Position numbers and translations under genes: made by a program. The notes below the pieces were generated by a model, which was not told the origin of the DNA, did not search any database, and saw only the letters and a program-made list of their open reading frames with translations. A DNA stretch of 64,000 bases from a virus. Of this stretch, positions 1-8,238 are shown in pieces. The DNA lies in IMG/VR virus record IMGVR_UViG_3300012352_000355, positions 1 to 64,000 of that record. The stretch is one strand, 5' to 3'. Positions within the stretch are counted from its first letter, which is position 1, and each line of letters opens with the position of its first letter.

Positions 1-362
1 TCTGTAAATTTTAAGTAGTTGTCTAAATAACTCTGTATGTTTTCTCTACCTACAGAGTTAGCTGAGTGTACAAAGTACTTTGGTAGCCTGACTGCATTAT
101 TCATACAGTAGTCTACTATCCACTTAGCACAATCTAAGCCTGTTTTTTCGTTTAACTCTGGATGATCTGTTAGTTCATTGCCTAAATCGTGGTCGAAGGA
201 GATAGCATAAGGCATTTCGTTATGCTTGAAGTACTTTACAAACTCATCATAACTTTTAACCCAAGTAACATCTAAGTTCTCTCCGAAAGCTAAGTTAAGC
301 CAGATTTTAAATTGCCCTTGACTAGGATCTCTTAGATCATCAAGCCACAGGACCTTTTCCAT
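1..362 (-). CDS. cyclic-phosphate-processing receiver-like domain protein (3' truncated by window edge)
   Basis: Not in ORF track. Manual translation MEKVLWLDDLRDP...WVKSYDEF...ISFDHDLG...TGLDCAKW...VHSANSVG shows the WLDD, SFDHDLG, TGxD and HSAN motifs of this phage receiver-like family. Confidence 0.8.
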   Translation of the reverse strand, partial: MEKVLWLDDLRDPSQGQFKIWLNLAFGENLDVTWVKSYDEFVKYFKHNEMPYAISFDHDLGNELTDHPELNEKTGLDCAKWIVDYCMNNAVRLPKYFVHSANSVGRENIQSYLDNYLKFT

Positions 363-564
363 TAGTCTTATACTTACGTTTGGGGTTAGTAGTAGACTTT
401 CTTCGCTTAACTACTTTCTTAGGTAACTCTTCTTCGATGTGATCATACACAATATCTCCTTCAGGCATGTTGTTAATGTTTCCTCTAAATAGAAGAAATA
501 GAATAGCCATAGAGATAGCAGATACACTGAATAAGATACAAAGACCTATAAATATATTTTCCAT
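340..564 (-). CDS. small membrane protein with basic C-tail
   Basis: N-terminal TM helix, KKVVKRRK...KRKYK tail; overlaps the start of the downstream gene. Confidence 0.75.
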   Translation of the reverse strand: MENIFIGLCILFSVSAISMAILFLLFRGNINNMPEGDIVYDHIEEELPKKVVKRRKSTTNPKRKYKTNGKGPVA

Positions 565-567
565 GTC

Positions 568-798
568 TTATTTAACTAAGTCTATTGTACCTGTAATAAA
601 GGTTAATCCTTCTGTTAAGTGCATTTCTCCGAAGCCACCTTTTTCTGCTTCGTAGCTGTCGGCAACATGCTTAATCTTATCGTTAATCTTGGTTTCTAAA
701 TGAGAATCATTTATCTGTTTCCAAGAATCTCCGACTTTCATACATAACATTAAGATAGACACATTGTGTTTGTCAAATTGGTAGTTAACTCTGTACAT
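568..798 (-). CDS. hypothetical protein
   Basis: Tightly packed in the minus-strand gene run. Confidence 0.65.
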   Translation of the reverse strand: MYRVNYQFDKHNVSILMLCMKVGDSWKQINDSHLETKINDKIKHVADSYEAEKGGFGEMHLTEGLTFITGTIDLVK

Positions 799-810
799 GA
801 TTAGTTTAGA

Positions 811-1038
811 TTAATTTAGATTAGTATATTTTCTGCTGATTTTTCTTTGTTCCCAGATAAGATGAAGCTGCCATCTGTACCACTTAATTAAGTCGATACC
901 TTTTTCATTACAATGATCAATGAATGCAGGAGTCATCTTACCTTGTAGGCATTTTAACTTACTCATGGTCAATTGATCTAACTTCATCGTCAGCAAATAT
1001 ACTAAATATTTGAGATTCAGGATCTTCTGTGTTTTCAT
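811..1038 (-). CDS. hypothetical protein (true start possibly near 966)
   Basis: ORF track; 5' part overlaps the upstream gene. Confidence 0.45.
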   Translation of the reverse strand: MKTQKILNLKYLVYLLTMKLDQLTMSKLKCLQGKMTPAFIDHCNEKGIDLIKWYRWQLHLIWEQRKISRKYTNLN

Positions 1039-1174
1039 TTATTTCAAATAAATTAAACACACTAGGACTGTTCTTAAAGTTTTCTAAGTCTTGTTTGGCT
1101 TTCTGAAAGTCCTGTTCAATTAAAATGTCCAGCTCGCAAATGAGCTGTTTGCATGATTTTTCTTTGTTTGTCAT
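959..1174 (-). CDS. hypothetical acidic protein
   Basis: Directly follows the helicase stop. Confidence 0.6.
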   Translation of the reverse strand: MTNKEKSCKQLICELDILIEQDFQKAKQDLENFKNSPSVFNLFEINENTEDPESQIFSIFADDEVRSIDHE

Positions 1175-1179
1175 ATTGA

Positions 1180-2253
1180 TTAGGTTAGGTGTGTAATTTT
1201 GTTCTGGTCGTAATTCTTTAAGTTATCTGATACCCACTTTTCATCTACTGTGTTACGATAACAAAGTATATGAACTGTAGCTGTTTGATCTGTTGGAAGA
1301 CGTAACATACGTCCAAACTTCTGCTGAGCCTTAGGAGAACCACCAGAATAAGAGTGTAGAATGATAGCATTTTTAAGATTAGGTATATTAATACCTTCGC
1401 TTAACTGCTCTACACATGATAAACGGTTGATTTCACCTGTTTTAAACGCTTCTAAGGGACTATTCTTGTTCTTAGAATGGTGAGAGTCCTTACACAGTCT
1501 TTCAGCTTGATCTATGGTGTTTGCAAAGATTAATACTTTCTCCTCTTGATTGAGTTGTTCTAGTAGATCTTTAGCATAATGTTCCTTAGTCTCAAACTGT
1601 TTTAGGAAGTTGATTCGTTGAATGGTTTTGAACATATAACTACTAGAGTTTGCTTGTTCAATTTCACGAGTAATCCAATCATACTGTGCTCTTTCACTGG
1701 TCATCCATCCTTGCTTAGTCTTAATTGTTTTGTTCTTGTTTAAGTCTAAGTAATGTACAAAGATGTGATAATCGTTAAGAATCTCGTTCTCTACGGCTTT
1801 ATCTGTCTTAAATACGTACTTAATTGGGTAATACTCTAACATGAGTTGACCTTTCTCTGAAGTCAAATACTTAGGAGGAGTACCTGTTAGGCCTAATATT
1901 CTTCCTCTGTAACGAAGAAGGAATGGCAAAGCAGTAGCCTTAAGAGAGTGAGCCTCATCTAATATGAGAATATCATACTCTTCAGGGTCATGTTTGGGGA
2001 GAGATAGATAAGTCGAGAATGTGATTCTGTCTAGCACTTGGGGAAACCCAAACTTACTAGCATCATCAATCCACGACTTAAATATATCTACCTTAGGTGC
2101 AACAACTAAGATTTTAGCTTCTTTGTTTAGACAGTTGATATAATCTAAACCAACTTTAGTCTTACCTGCACCTGTTGCTAACTGTAAACCACTTCTTTTA
2201 AACATTAAAGCCTCTCTAAGGGCTGCTTGTTGTACACTGTCTCTTGTTATCAT
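1180..2253 (-). CDS. superfamily 2 (DEAH-box) helicase
   Basis: Walker A ATGAGKT, DEAH, LTGT, EGINIP, QKFGRMLR motifs. Confidence 0.93.
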   Translation of the reverse strand: MITRDSVQQAALREALMFKRSGLQLATGAGKTKVGLDYINCLNKEAKILVVAPKVDIFKSWIDDASKFGFPQVLDRITFSTYLSLPKHDPEEYDILILDEAHSLKATALPFLLRYRGRILGLTGTPPKYLTSEKGQLMLEYYPIKYVFKTDKAVENEILNDYHIFVHYLDLNKNKTIKTKQGWMTSERAQYDWITREIEQANSSSYMFKTIQRINFLKQFETKEHYAKDLLEQLNQEEKVLIFANTIDQAERLCKDSHHSKNKNSPLEAFKTGEINRLSCVEQLSEGINIPNLKNAIILHSYSGGSPKAQQKFGRMLRLPTDQTATVHILCYRNTVDEKWVSDNLKNYDQNKITHLT

Positions 2254-2747
2254 TTGTAACTTTTTAATTTGCTTACATAGCTAGGGTCAGAAGCATATTT
2301 TCCATCAATGTTCTTAAGATACCTAGCCTGAATATGCGCATAGCATTTGATGTTGTCTCGATAAGAGTCATACTTAGCATAAACCCCATGTTTACCTGCT
2401 ACATGCTTACATCTGTGAAAGGTAATACCAAACAGATTTTTTGCTTGAATACCTACGTTAGATTTACCATGATTACTTTCAATTCTAGACTGTAAGCAAG
2501 CAACAGCAGCTAGGATTACTCCTTGCTTAGTTAACTCTGCTGTAATACCTGAATCAGTAAGAACAACATCTTTCTCTGTGACTACTTCTTTGATGATTTT
2601 AGTCTTAGTGATGATAGAGTCTTCTTTAGTGAAAGCCATAAGTAAAAGTGCTACAAAGATAACATTAATAGTTAATGATACGTACAATAATTTCTTGTAA
2701 TTAATAGCTTTTGAGAAGCTAAGGTCTTGATTTTGTTTGTAATACAT
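2250..2747 (-). CDS. membrane-anchored glucosaminidase/GH73-like peptidoglycan hydrolase
   Basis: QSRIESNHG...KNLFGI...YAKYDS...YASDPSY pattern; N-terminal TM segment. Confidence 0.75.
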   Translation of the reverse strand: MYYKQNQDLSFSKAINYKKLLYVSLTINVIFVALLLMAFTKEDSIITKTKIIKEVVTEKDVVLTDSGITAELTKQGVILAAVACLQSRIESNHGKSNVGIQAKNLFGITFHRCKHVAGKHGVYAKYDSYRDNIKCYAHIQARYLKNIDGKYASDPSYVSKLKSYK

Positions 2748-2844
2748 GATTTTTAATATTAGAAGTTAAACATAGGCAACAATTGTGCCATTAGACTAAA
2801 TTAGAACCTAGGGCAGGTATCTCTCCTACCCTAGATTGATGTCC

Positions 2845-3291
2845 TTAACGGACAATGATACTGTCTCCCTGTACTTCTACAGAGGAGATTTGAACTTGCA
2901 TGATAATACCCTTAAAGTCAATGGTAAGGGTTCTTTCAGTCATAAGAGCAGGCTTGCTCTCTTCAAAAGTAATTAAAGTCTCTGCTGGAGTAATAACTGG
3001 AGTAACATCAACCTTTGAGTGACGCTTAACATTAGCTTCTACAGCAGATCTCTTCTTAGAAACTAGATTGTTTTCGATAGCATACTTACGAATGGCTCTA
3101 AGAGCCTTAAGATTCATAGAAGTAGCTTTCTCAATCTTGGTTAAGCTTTTGCCTGTAGACATCAAAGTAATAGCTAATTTGTAGTCTTCTTGGTTAACAG
3201 ACAACTTTCTATTGATTACAATAGACTTTTTTGGACGACCTCTGCCAACAAATGCTCTTACAGGGGATTCTTTTTTTAATGAAATGCTCAT
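2845..3291 (-). CDS. basic putative DNA-binding protein (paralog of 3302-3745)
   Basis: GRGRPKK AT-hook-like motif, helical HTH-like segment, C-terminal beta-strands. Confidence 0.65.
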   Translation of the reverse strand: MSISLKKESPVRAFVGRGRPKKSIVINRKLSVNQEDYKLAITLMSTGKSLTKIEKATSMNLKALRAIRKYAIENNLVSKKRSAVEANVKRHSKVDVTPVITPAETLITFEESKPALMTERTLTIDFKGIIMQVQISSVEVQGDSIIVR

Positions 3292-3301
3292 ATTTTTAGG
3301 T

Positions 3302-3745
3302 TTAATTGATTACGATTTTGTCCTTAGTGATAACGATGTTAGCAGACTTTTCTACTACAACTTCTATTTCACCGAACTTAATGTTTACAAACTTAGAGTT
3401 AGACAAAGGCTCTTTTTCTAAAGGAGTGGTAATTTTAATACTTCTATTAACTTCCTTTGTAGGTTTTGCAAGCTTCTTAGTACGAGTTAGACCTACTTCT
3501 CTTCTCTTTTTTAGTGTTTCCATCATTCTTACAACACCTACTGGTCTCTCTAGTAAGCCCATAGAGATTGCTTTACTACGAATACAATTAATAGCTACTA
3601 AAGAATAATTAAACTCATCAGCTAATTTTCTACTCGGAGTTTTTTCGTTCTTTACTTTGTCTACAATAGAATAAAAAGTTGCTTCAGGAACAACTAGTTT
3701 AATGAGGGGGTGAAGGTTAATTCCTTCTTGATTTTGTGTTGTCAT
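3302..3745 (-). CDS. basic putative HTH protein (paralog of 2845-3291)
   Basis: SRKLADEFNYSLVAINCIR HTH-like segment; similar length and C-terminal beta pattern. Confidence 0.65.
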   Translation of the reverse strand: MTTQNQEGINLHPLIKLVVPEATFYSIVDKVKNEKTPSRKLADEFNYSLVAINCIRSKAISMGLLERPVGVVRMMETLKKRREVGLTRTKKLAKPTKEVNRSIKITTPLEKEPLSNSKFVNIKFGEIEVVVEKSANIVITKDKIVIN

Positions 3746-3773
3746 TTTGTTTAGGGTTTTTAGTTAGTTTTTT

Positions 3774-4316
3774 TTAATTTTTAGTTTTTAGTTTAAATAC
3801 ATAAAGTAGCATAGGAGACCTATTAGGACTTTGATATCTGCAAATAACAGATAGTCTGTAATCAGAGAAAGAAGATATTAACTCAGGAAATGTGTTAACT
3901 CTAAAATCCTCTAGATCTTTAGCTCCATAAAGCTGTAATACTTTGTCTATACCTTCTCTTTTAGCAAGAATAGTAAGACAGATAACTTTTGATTGTGATT
4001 GTTGAAAGTAAGAGATAAGAGTGTTAATAAGAGATACTTGAAAGGCTCCACATAAGTCAAACCAGACTAAACCAAACTTTCCCTTAACTGTGAAGATATC
4101 TTGATTAAGATAGGTCACATTAGAGGGTCTTCGCTTAAGTCCTTCTACATAAGTAAGTGGATCTCTTTCACAGCAAGTAATCTTAGCAAAAGGAAACTTC
4201 TGTTCGAATAAGAAATTATCAGCAGGGAGAGACAATATATCTCCCCCTTGATAATGTTCTTTAACAATCTCTCTAATCTCTTCCTTCACATCGTACTCTG
4301 AGTGTAAGAATGCCAT
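3774..4316 (-). CDS. SAM-dependent methyltransferase-like protein
   Basis: Rossmann-like strand order ILSLPA / ITCCERD / YLNQDIF / FGLVWFDLCG. Confidence 0.55.
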   Translation of the reverse strand: MAFLHSEYDVKEEIREIVKEHYQGGDILSLPADNFLFEQKFPFAKITCCERDPLTYVEGLKRRPSNVTYLNQDIFTVKGKFGLVWFDLCGAFQVSLINTLISYFQQSQSKVICLTILAKREGIDKVLQLYGAKDLEDFRVNTFPELISSFSDYRLSVICRYQSPNRSPMLLYVFKLKTKN

Positions 4317-4319
4317 AGA

Positions 4320-4712
4320 TTAAATTTCGTCTTTCCAATCAATTGCTTTTACTATCTCTGCTTCTTCAATGAAAGTCTTAAGATAGTTTTTACCTACTCT
4401 CATAGCACCAAGAACAATGTCTTGTACTACTTCGTAGTTTTGAGGTACAGCTACTTCTTTAACGAAAGTAACAGTTTGATCAATAGTAGAGCGTTCTCTT
4501 AAAGACCTTAAGTAGGTCTTTTCATCCATCATAGTCTTAACTGTGAGGTACTTGAACATTCTTCTGATTTCTCTTTCTTGAATCTTCTCTAATTTGTCTA
4601 GATTAGACCATTGTCTACCTTTTAACTTGAATGAGGTAAACATTTCTTCTGCAGGCTTAACAGAGTAAACCTTTTCTGCTACCGTAGTAGACTTACTGAT
4701 TCTTTTTCGCAT
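4320..4712 (-). CDS. hypothetical protein
   Basis: 130-aa ORF, A-rich leader. Confidence 0.75.
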   Translation of the reverse strand: MRKRISKSTTVAEKVYSVKPAEEMFTSFKLKGRQWSNLDKLEKIQEREIRRMFKYLTVKTMMDEKTYLRSLRERSTIDQTVTFVKEVAVPQNYEVVQDIVLGAMRVGKNYLKTFIEEAEIVKAIDWKDEI

Positions 4713-4756
4713 ATTATTAAGGGTTTATTTAGGTTCTTAAGGAATAGGATAAATTA

Positions 4757-4786
4757 AAAAAGGGGAGCTTACACTCTCCCCTTTTT
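4757..4786. terminator. intrinsic terminator (bidirectional)
   Basis: AAAAAGGGGAG-loop-CTCCCCTTTTT. Confidence 0.7.
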
Positions 4787-4874
4787 ACCCTAATATGATA
4801 TGGACTTGCCTTTGTACAGAATTGAGCAAAACTGTAGTGTAAGATCGGCAATATTTTTTGCTTAACTATAAGCT

Positions 4875-5008
4875 TGGTAGCACAGGTAGGACTTGCACCT
4901 ACAAGGTGTTACTTAGGAAGGTATAACTCCTAACACCAGTGATTATGAAAAATAAAAACAATTGTACAATATACCTTTTACTGCGGCTTCTGCTTTCGCC
5001 ACTGTGCT
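4875..5008 (-). ncRNA. tRNA-like RNA with expanded anticodon/variable region (134 nt)
   Basis: Acceptor AGCACAG/CTGTGCT + ACCA, D-arm-like TGGCGAAAGCAGAAGCCGC, T-arm GTAGG-TGCAAGT-CCTAC, extra hairpin GGTGTTA..TAACACC. Confidence 0.7.
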
Positions 5009-5012
5009 ATTT

Positions 5013-5139
5013 AAAAGAAAAGCTTCGGGTCTTACAGGGTTACTGATTGAGTGCAATGAGTGACGCCTACCTACTATTAACCCTTTTTCGGTATTTAAAA
5101 CACTCTACCTCTCAATTACAGCTTCACTACTTTTCTTTT
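5013..5139 (-). ncRNA. putative pseudoknotted structured RNA between two tRNA-like elements
   Basis: 10-bp closing stem AAAAGAAAAG/CTTTTCTTTT; crossing helices ATTGAG/CTCAAT and AGGGTTA/TAACCCT. Confidence 0.55.
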
Positions 5140-5140
5140 G

Positions 5141-5261
5141 TAGTCAGGACAGGATTTGCACCTGTATTTAAACGGAGGTGTTTTCACACTGCGTTTAATT
5201 TCTAACTGTGTTTTTACATACAGTAGTTGTAGAAGCGTCTATACTTTTCCGCCACCTGACT
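5141..5261 (-). ncRNA. tRNA-like RNA with expanded anticodon and variable arms
   Basis: Acceptor AGTCAGG/CCTGACT, D-arm TGGCGGAAAAGTATAGACGC, T-arm ACAGG-TGCAAAT-CCTGT; no canonical 7-nt anticodon loop. Confidence 0.7.
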
Positions 5262-5266
5262 ATAAA

Positions 5267-5311
5267 AAAAGTCCCACGAGCAGATCTTACGGTATGCAGG
5301 TGGGAACTTTT
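5267..5311 (-). other. hairpin at the 5' end of the RNA cassette
   Basis: AAAAGTTCCCAC..GCA..CGTAAGA..TGC..GTGGGACTTTTTT. Confidence 0.5.
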
Positions 5312-5345
5312 GGTCTTAGAAATGGAATCCTAAGAGAGTTTAATG

Positions 5346-5375
5346 CAAAGATAATAAATTACTTCAAAGCATCAA
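5346..5375 (-). promoter_or_regulatory. Bacteroidota sigma70-type promoter driving the RNA cassette
   Basis: TTG-N19-TATCTTTG on the minus strand. Confidence 0.7.
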
Positions 5376-5754
5376 CTATTGCACAGAACAGTCTGTCTTT
5401 CTTTTGTTGAAACTCTGGCAACTCATTGAATGGAACGATACAAGGATGAGTCTTCTTCTCAGCGTCCTTCACCTCACCGTACACCCAACCATCATCGGTT
5501 TTGTCTTTCATCCAAGCGTTGTGTTGAGCATCTTCCTTAGCATCTGGGTTTTCTATACGAAACTTAACTCCACTAACAGCTGATTGTATTTGCCATTGTT
5601 CTGCTTCAAGCCAGTCTTTTTGAGAATGATCTCCATCTGACTCACACCATGCTTTGTTTGCTTGGTGGCATACTTTAGCAATCCATCCAATTTTGTTTTG
5701 CTGGCGTAGAGCATCCCACTCTTCTTGAGTTCCTGTAAATGGTGCTGTTGTCAT
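5359..5754 (-). CDS. RyR-repeat domain protein
   Basis: HNAWMKDK..DGWVYGEVKDAEKKTHPCIVPFNELPEFQQKKD signature. Confidence 0.88.
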   Translation of the reverse strand: MTTAPFTGTQEEWDALRQQNKIGWIAKVCHQANKAWCESDGDHSQKDWLEAEQWQIQSAVSGVKFRIENPDAKEDAQHNAWMKDKTDDGWVYGEVKDAEKKTHPCIVPFNELPEFQQKKDRLFCAIVDALK

Positions 5755-5755
5755 C

Positions 5756-6031
5756 TTAGTCTAAAATTTTACGCCATTTCTTTTGTACTTTGTATGTATC
5801 ACCACACACATAAGCATTAATTTCTTCCATAGCCTTAGATACATCTTCAAAAGCGATTGATTTACATCCTACGCTTACAATACATCCCCTGCTTAGAAAT
5901 TTAATGCTGATTTCGTATTCTCTTAGTGCTTCTTTTTGAGTTGGTACATACTCTTTTTCCATTGGTTGTTCCATACATGGTTCAGTCAATCCCTGTGGTG
6001 CAGGCATTTCTGCCATTTCTTGTTCTATCAT
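5756..6031 (-). CDS. hypothetical protein
   Basis: ORF abutting its neighbours. Confidence 0.7.
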   Translation of the reverse strand: MIEQEMAEMPAPQGLTEPCMEQPMEKEYVPTQKEALREYEISIKFLSRGCIVSVGCKSIAFEDVSKAMEEINAYVCGDTYKVQKKWRKILD

Positions 6032-6058
6032 ATTTTAGTGTAAATTACTTAAAATACC

Positions 6059-6655
6059 TTAAAATGCTGCTTCTACGGCAGGAGCTTTTACTTTGTTCTC
6101 TTTGATATCTCCAATAGAAGCACCAGTAGACATGCTAGTAATACTACGAGACAAGTTTTGATCTTGCTTAATAGTAGCGTTAGACATACCTGGTTCAGCA
6201 AATTCTACAGTAGTGTAGATAAGAGCACCATCAAAGGTCAATTCTTGTCCGTTAACAGTCTTAACAGACCACTGAGGCTTAATAGAACCATCAGCATTCT
6301 TTACAATACCTTCGTCAGTAGTATCTACTCTGCGAAGGATTAAGTCTTCACCATACAATTGAGAAGTGCTTACGTTTACTTCTACTGCATCAGAATAACC
6401 ACCAGAGATATCATCAGCGTTGAATCCGAATTGTCCGAAGTCGCTGTTGAAGTTGTCTTCTGTGAAATTCAAGAGAGCAGTCATACGGTTAGTCAAGTTA
6501 CCACCAAGACCACGGCTTACCATGCGTTGGTGAACAGACAAGTTAGCAGGAGTGAAACACTCGAACATAACAGTAATAGGTGCTTTGATACCAGCATTGC
6601 GAAAAGCTTTGCTAGCAAAAGCAAGATTAGTTGATTTAAAATCGTCGTAAGTCAT
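6059..6655 (-). CDS. hypothetical protein (possibly ssDNA-binding)
   Basis: 198-aa ORF, beta-rich, flexible tail ending in F; function is a guess. Confidence 0.7.
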   Translation of the reverse strand: MTYDDFKSTNLAFASKAFRNAGIKAPITVMFECFTPANLSVHQRMVSRGLGGNLTNRMTALLNFTEDNFNSDFGQFGFNADDISGGYSDAVEVNVSTSQLYGEDLILRRVDTTDEGIVKNADGSIKPQWSVKTVNGQELTFDGALIYTTVEFAEPGMSNATIKQDQNLSRSITSMSTGASIGDIKENKVKAPAVEAAF

Positions 6656-6692
6656 AATTTTTAGTTTTATTTTATTTTAGTTTTAGTTTAGT

Positions 6693-7019
6693 TTAGTTAT
6701 CAGTTAATATTTCTACTTTATCTCCTCTATAGATGTAGATAGGTCCTATATATCCGTCTTTAATGACATAAGCCTTCTCACAATCAGTAAGTTTATAAGA
6801 GATAATGTAGTTCCACTCAGAGAACTTGATTACAAAGCAATCAAGAACAACTGGTGATGGGTGTAAACCTTCGCCTATTAGATCCTCTATGAACAGAGTA
6901 TCCTTTTTAGTCAAAGGCAGAGTTCCTTGCATACACTTCTCAGAACTTCTAATGGGAAATAGTTGGGCTTTAAGATTAGTGAAGCCACATAAGAATAAGA
7001 TTAAGAACAGTTTTTTCAT
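6693..7019 (-). CDS. small secreted protein
   Basis: Signal peptide MKKLFLILFLCGFTNLKA|Q. Confidence 0.7.
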   Translation of the reverse strand: MKKLFLILFLCGFTNLKAQLFPIRSSEKCMQGTLPLTKKDTLFIEDLIGEGLHPSPVVLDCFVIKFSEWNYIISYKLTDCEKAYVIKDGYIGPIYIYRGDKVEILTDN

Positions 7020-7021
7020 AG

Positions 7022-7234
7022 TTACTTAGTAATGTAGTCTGTAGCTACATGATACAATTCTTCCAAAGATTGAATCGCTTTCTCATGTAGTTTAATCAAT
7101 TCAGTTAGTTTAGGATCAGGATTATCATCATTTGCTTGGTTGATACCTTCGATTCCTACGTTTAAGGTTTGTACTGTTGACCTAATAACAAGATCTAACT
7201 CTAGTACATCTTGAAATACTCTTGTTGTTATCAT
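7022..7234 (-). CDS. hypothetical helical protein
   Basis: AACCAA-rich leader; 70-aa ORF. Confidence 0.7.
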   Translation of the reverse strand: MITTRVFQDVLELDLVIRSTVQTLNVGIEGINQANDDNPDPKLTELIKLHEKAIQSLEELYHVATDYITK

Positions 7235-7267
7235 TTGATTTGGTTTAGTTGGTTAGGTTAAAATTAA

Positions 7268-7464
7268 AAAACAAACTCTCTTGTACGCTCACCGTACTTA
7301 TAGATTTTACTGAACATAGTTTACTGTTCACCTGTTGTAGTGCACTACAGAGCAGGGTCCATCACATAACACTTCGAGGCATGTATCTTATTGGGTAATT
7401 ACTCCCATAAGTCGAAGATGGTCTTTCAACGGTGCTAATCCGTCCTATGTAAGAGAGTTTGTTT
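7268..7464 (-). ncRNA. putative structured RNA directly 3' of tRNA-Glu
   Basis: 14-15-bp closing stem AAAACAAACTCTCTT/AAGAGAGTTTGTTTT; nested CACCGT/ACGGTG, CCATC/GATGG, TTCGA/TCGAA, CTTAT..ATAAG, TGAACA..TGTTCA helices. Confidence 0.6.
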
Positions 7465-7539
7465 TGGTAGCCCCTGAGTGAATCGAACACATCTTTAACA
7501 GGATGAAATCCTGCTGTCCTACCAATAGACGAAAGGGCC
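7465..7539 (-). tRNA. tRNA-Glu(TTC), slightly non-canonical
   Basis: GGCCCTT/AGGGGCT acceptor + ACCA, GTCTATTGGTAGGAC D-arm, GCAGG-ATTTCAT-CCTGT anticodon arm, GTTCGATT T-loop with a bulged T-stem. Confidence 0.8.
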
Positions 7540-7548
7540 AAATAGGAG

Positions 7549-7695
7549 TTAAACTCCAAGTTCTTTAACAGAGTAATAAGCAGCAAAAGTCCTGCTTACT
7601 CCCTGTCTACGAAAGAACCTATAATACCATAGATAATCATCTACCATACCATAGGACTTCGCAACGTAATAGTTTTCTGCAAATTGATCTATCAT
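7549..7695 (-). CDS. small hypothetical protein (48 aa)
   Basis: Manual: MIDQFAENYYVAKSYGMVDDYLWYYRFFRRQGVSRTFAAYYSVKELGV; fills the gap exactly. Confidence 0.55.
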   Translation of the reverse strand: MIDQFAENYYVAKSYGMVDDYLWYYRFFRRQGVSRTFAAYYSVKELGV

Positions 7696-7700
7696 AATAG

Positions 7701-7907
7701 TTAAATTAAGTTAAGTTCTTCTTTAAGTTGATTAAACGGATTGTCTTTGCATAGCTCTTCAAGAGATTCTTCTATCTCTTTTCTTTCTTCCCAATAGGAA
7801 GAGTCGCTTATACGATTACCTCGCTTAAGCTCCTCTAACCTATCTAAGAAGTAATAATCTCTCTGAATAGCCATGATAGTAAAGTTAATAGTCAAATACT
7901 CTAGCAT
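7701..7907 (-). CDS. hypothetical protein (start possibly MAIQR near 7874)
   Basis: ORF track. Confidence 0.6.
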   Translation of the reverse strand: MLEYLTINFTIMAIQRDYYFLDRLEELKRGNRISDSSYWEERKEIEESLEELCKDNPFNQLKEELNLI

Positions 7908-7909
7908 AC

Positions 7910-8008
7910 TTACTTTTCAAAAGCTATCATATAAACTGCTAACCAAAACAATCCCCAACAAATAAACAGAGCAACAGCTCTTACACGGTCTTTAGTTGAT
8001 TCTTTCAT
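7910..8008 (-). CDS. small membrane peptide (32 aa)
   Basis: Manual: MKESTKDRVRAVALFICWGLFWLAVYMIAFEK; ATGA overlap with the upstream stop. Confidence 0.6.
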   Translation of the reverse strand: MKESTKDRVRAVALFICWGLFWLAVYMIAFEK

Positions 8009-8238
8009 GACTCAGCATCAATTACAAGGTAAATAATCCAAAGAAACAACGTAATAGTAGACATAACAAAAGTTACATCACCTAGCATGTTCTGAAAACA
8101 GCTAACGAAAGTGTTGTGTCCCATAAGAGAACCAACAAAAGAGAATAAAGCGCTTATAACAATAGCGCTTACAATAGCGAAGACAACAGGGACCACTATT
8201 ACCAATAGTGCTTTCCCAAAATAGATTATGTTTTTCAT
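8005..8238 (-). CDS. two-TM membrane protein
   Basis: Two hydrophobic segments. Confidence 0.7.
   Translation of the reverse strand: MKNIIYFGKALLVIVVPVVFAIVSAIVISALFSFVGSLMGHNTFVSCFQNMLGDVTFVMSTITLFLWIIYLVIDAES

Noticed and set aside
5156-5410. Plus-strand ORF over the tRNA-like element (also 7362-7586 over tRNA-Glu)
   Set aside because: Overlap RNA genes; weak starts
7465-7539. Opal suppressor tRNA (TCA) and alternative genetic code
   Set aside because: The 7-nt loop ATTTCAT centres on TTC; long ORFs are intact in code 11, and TGA and TAG serve as normal stops
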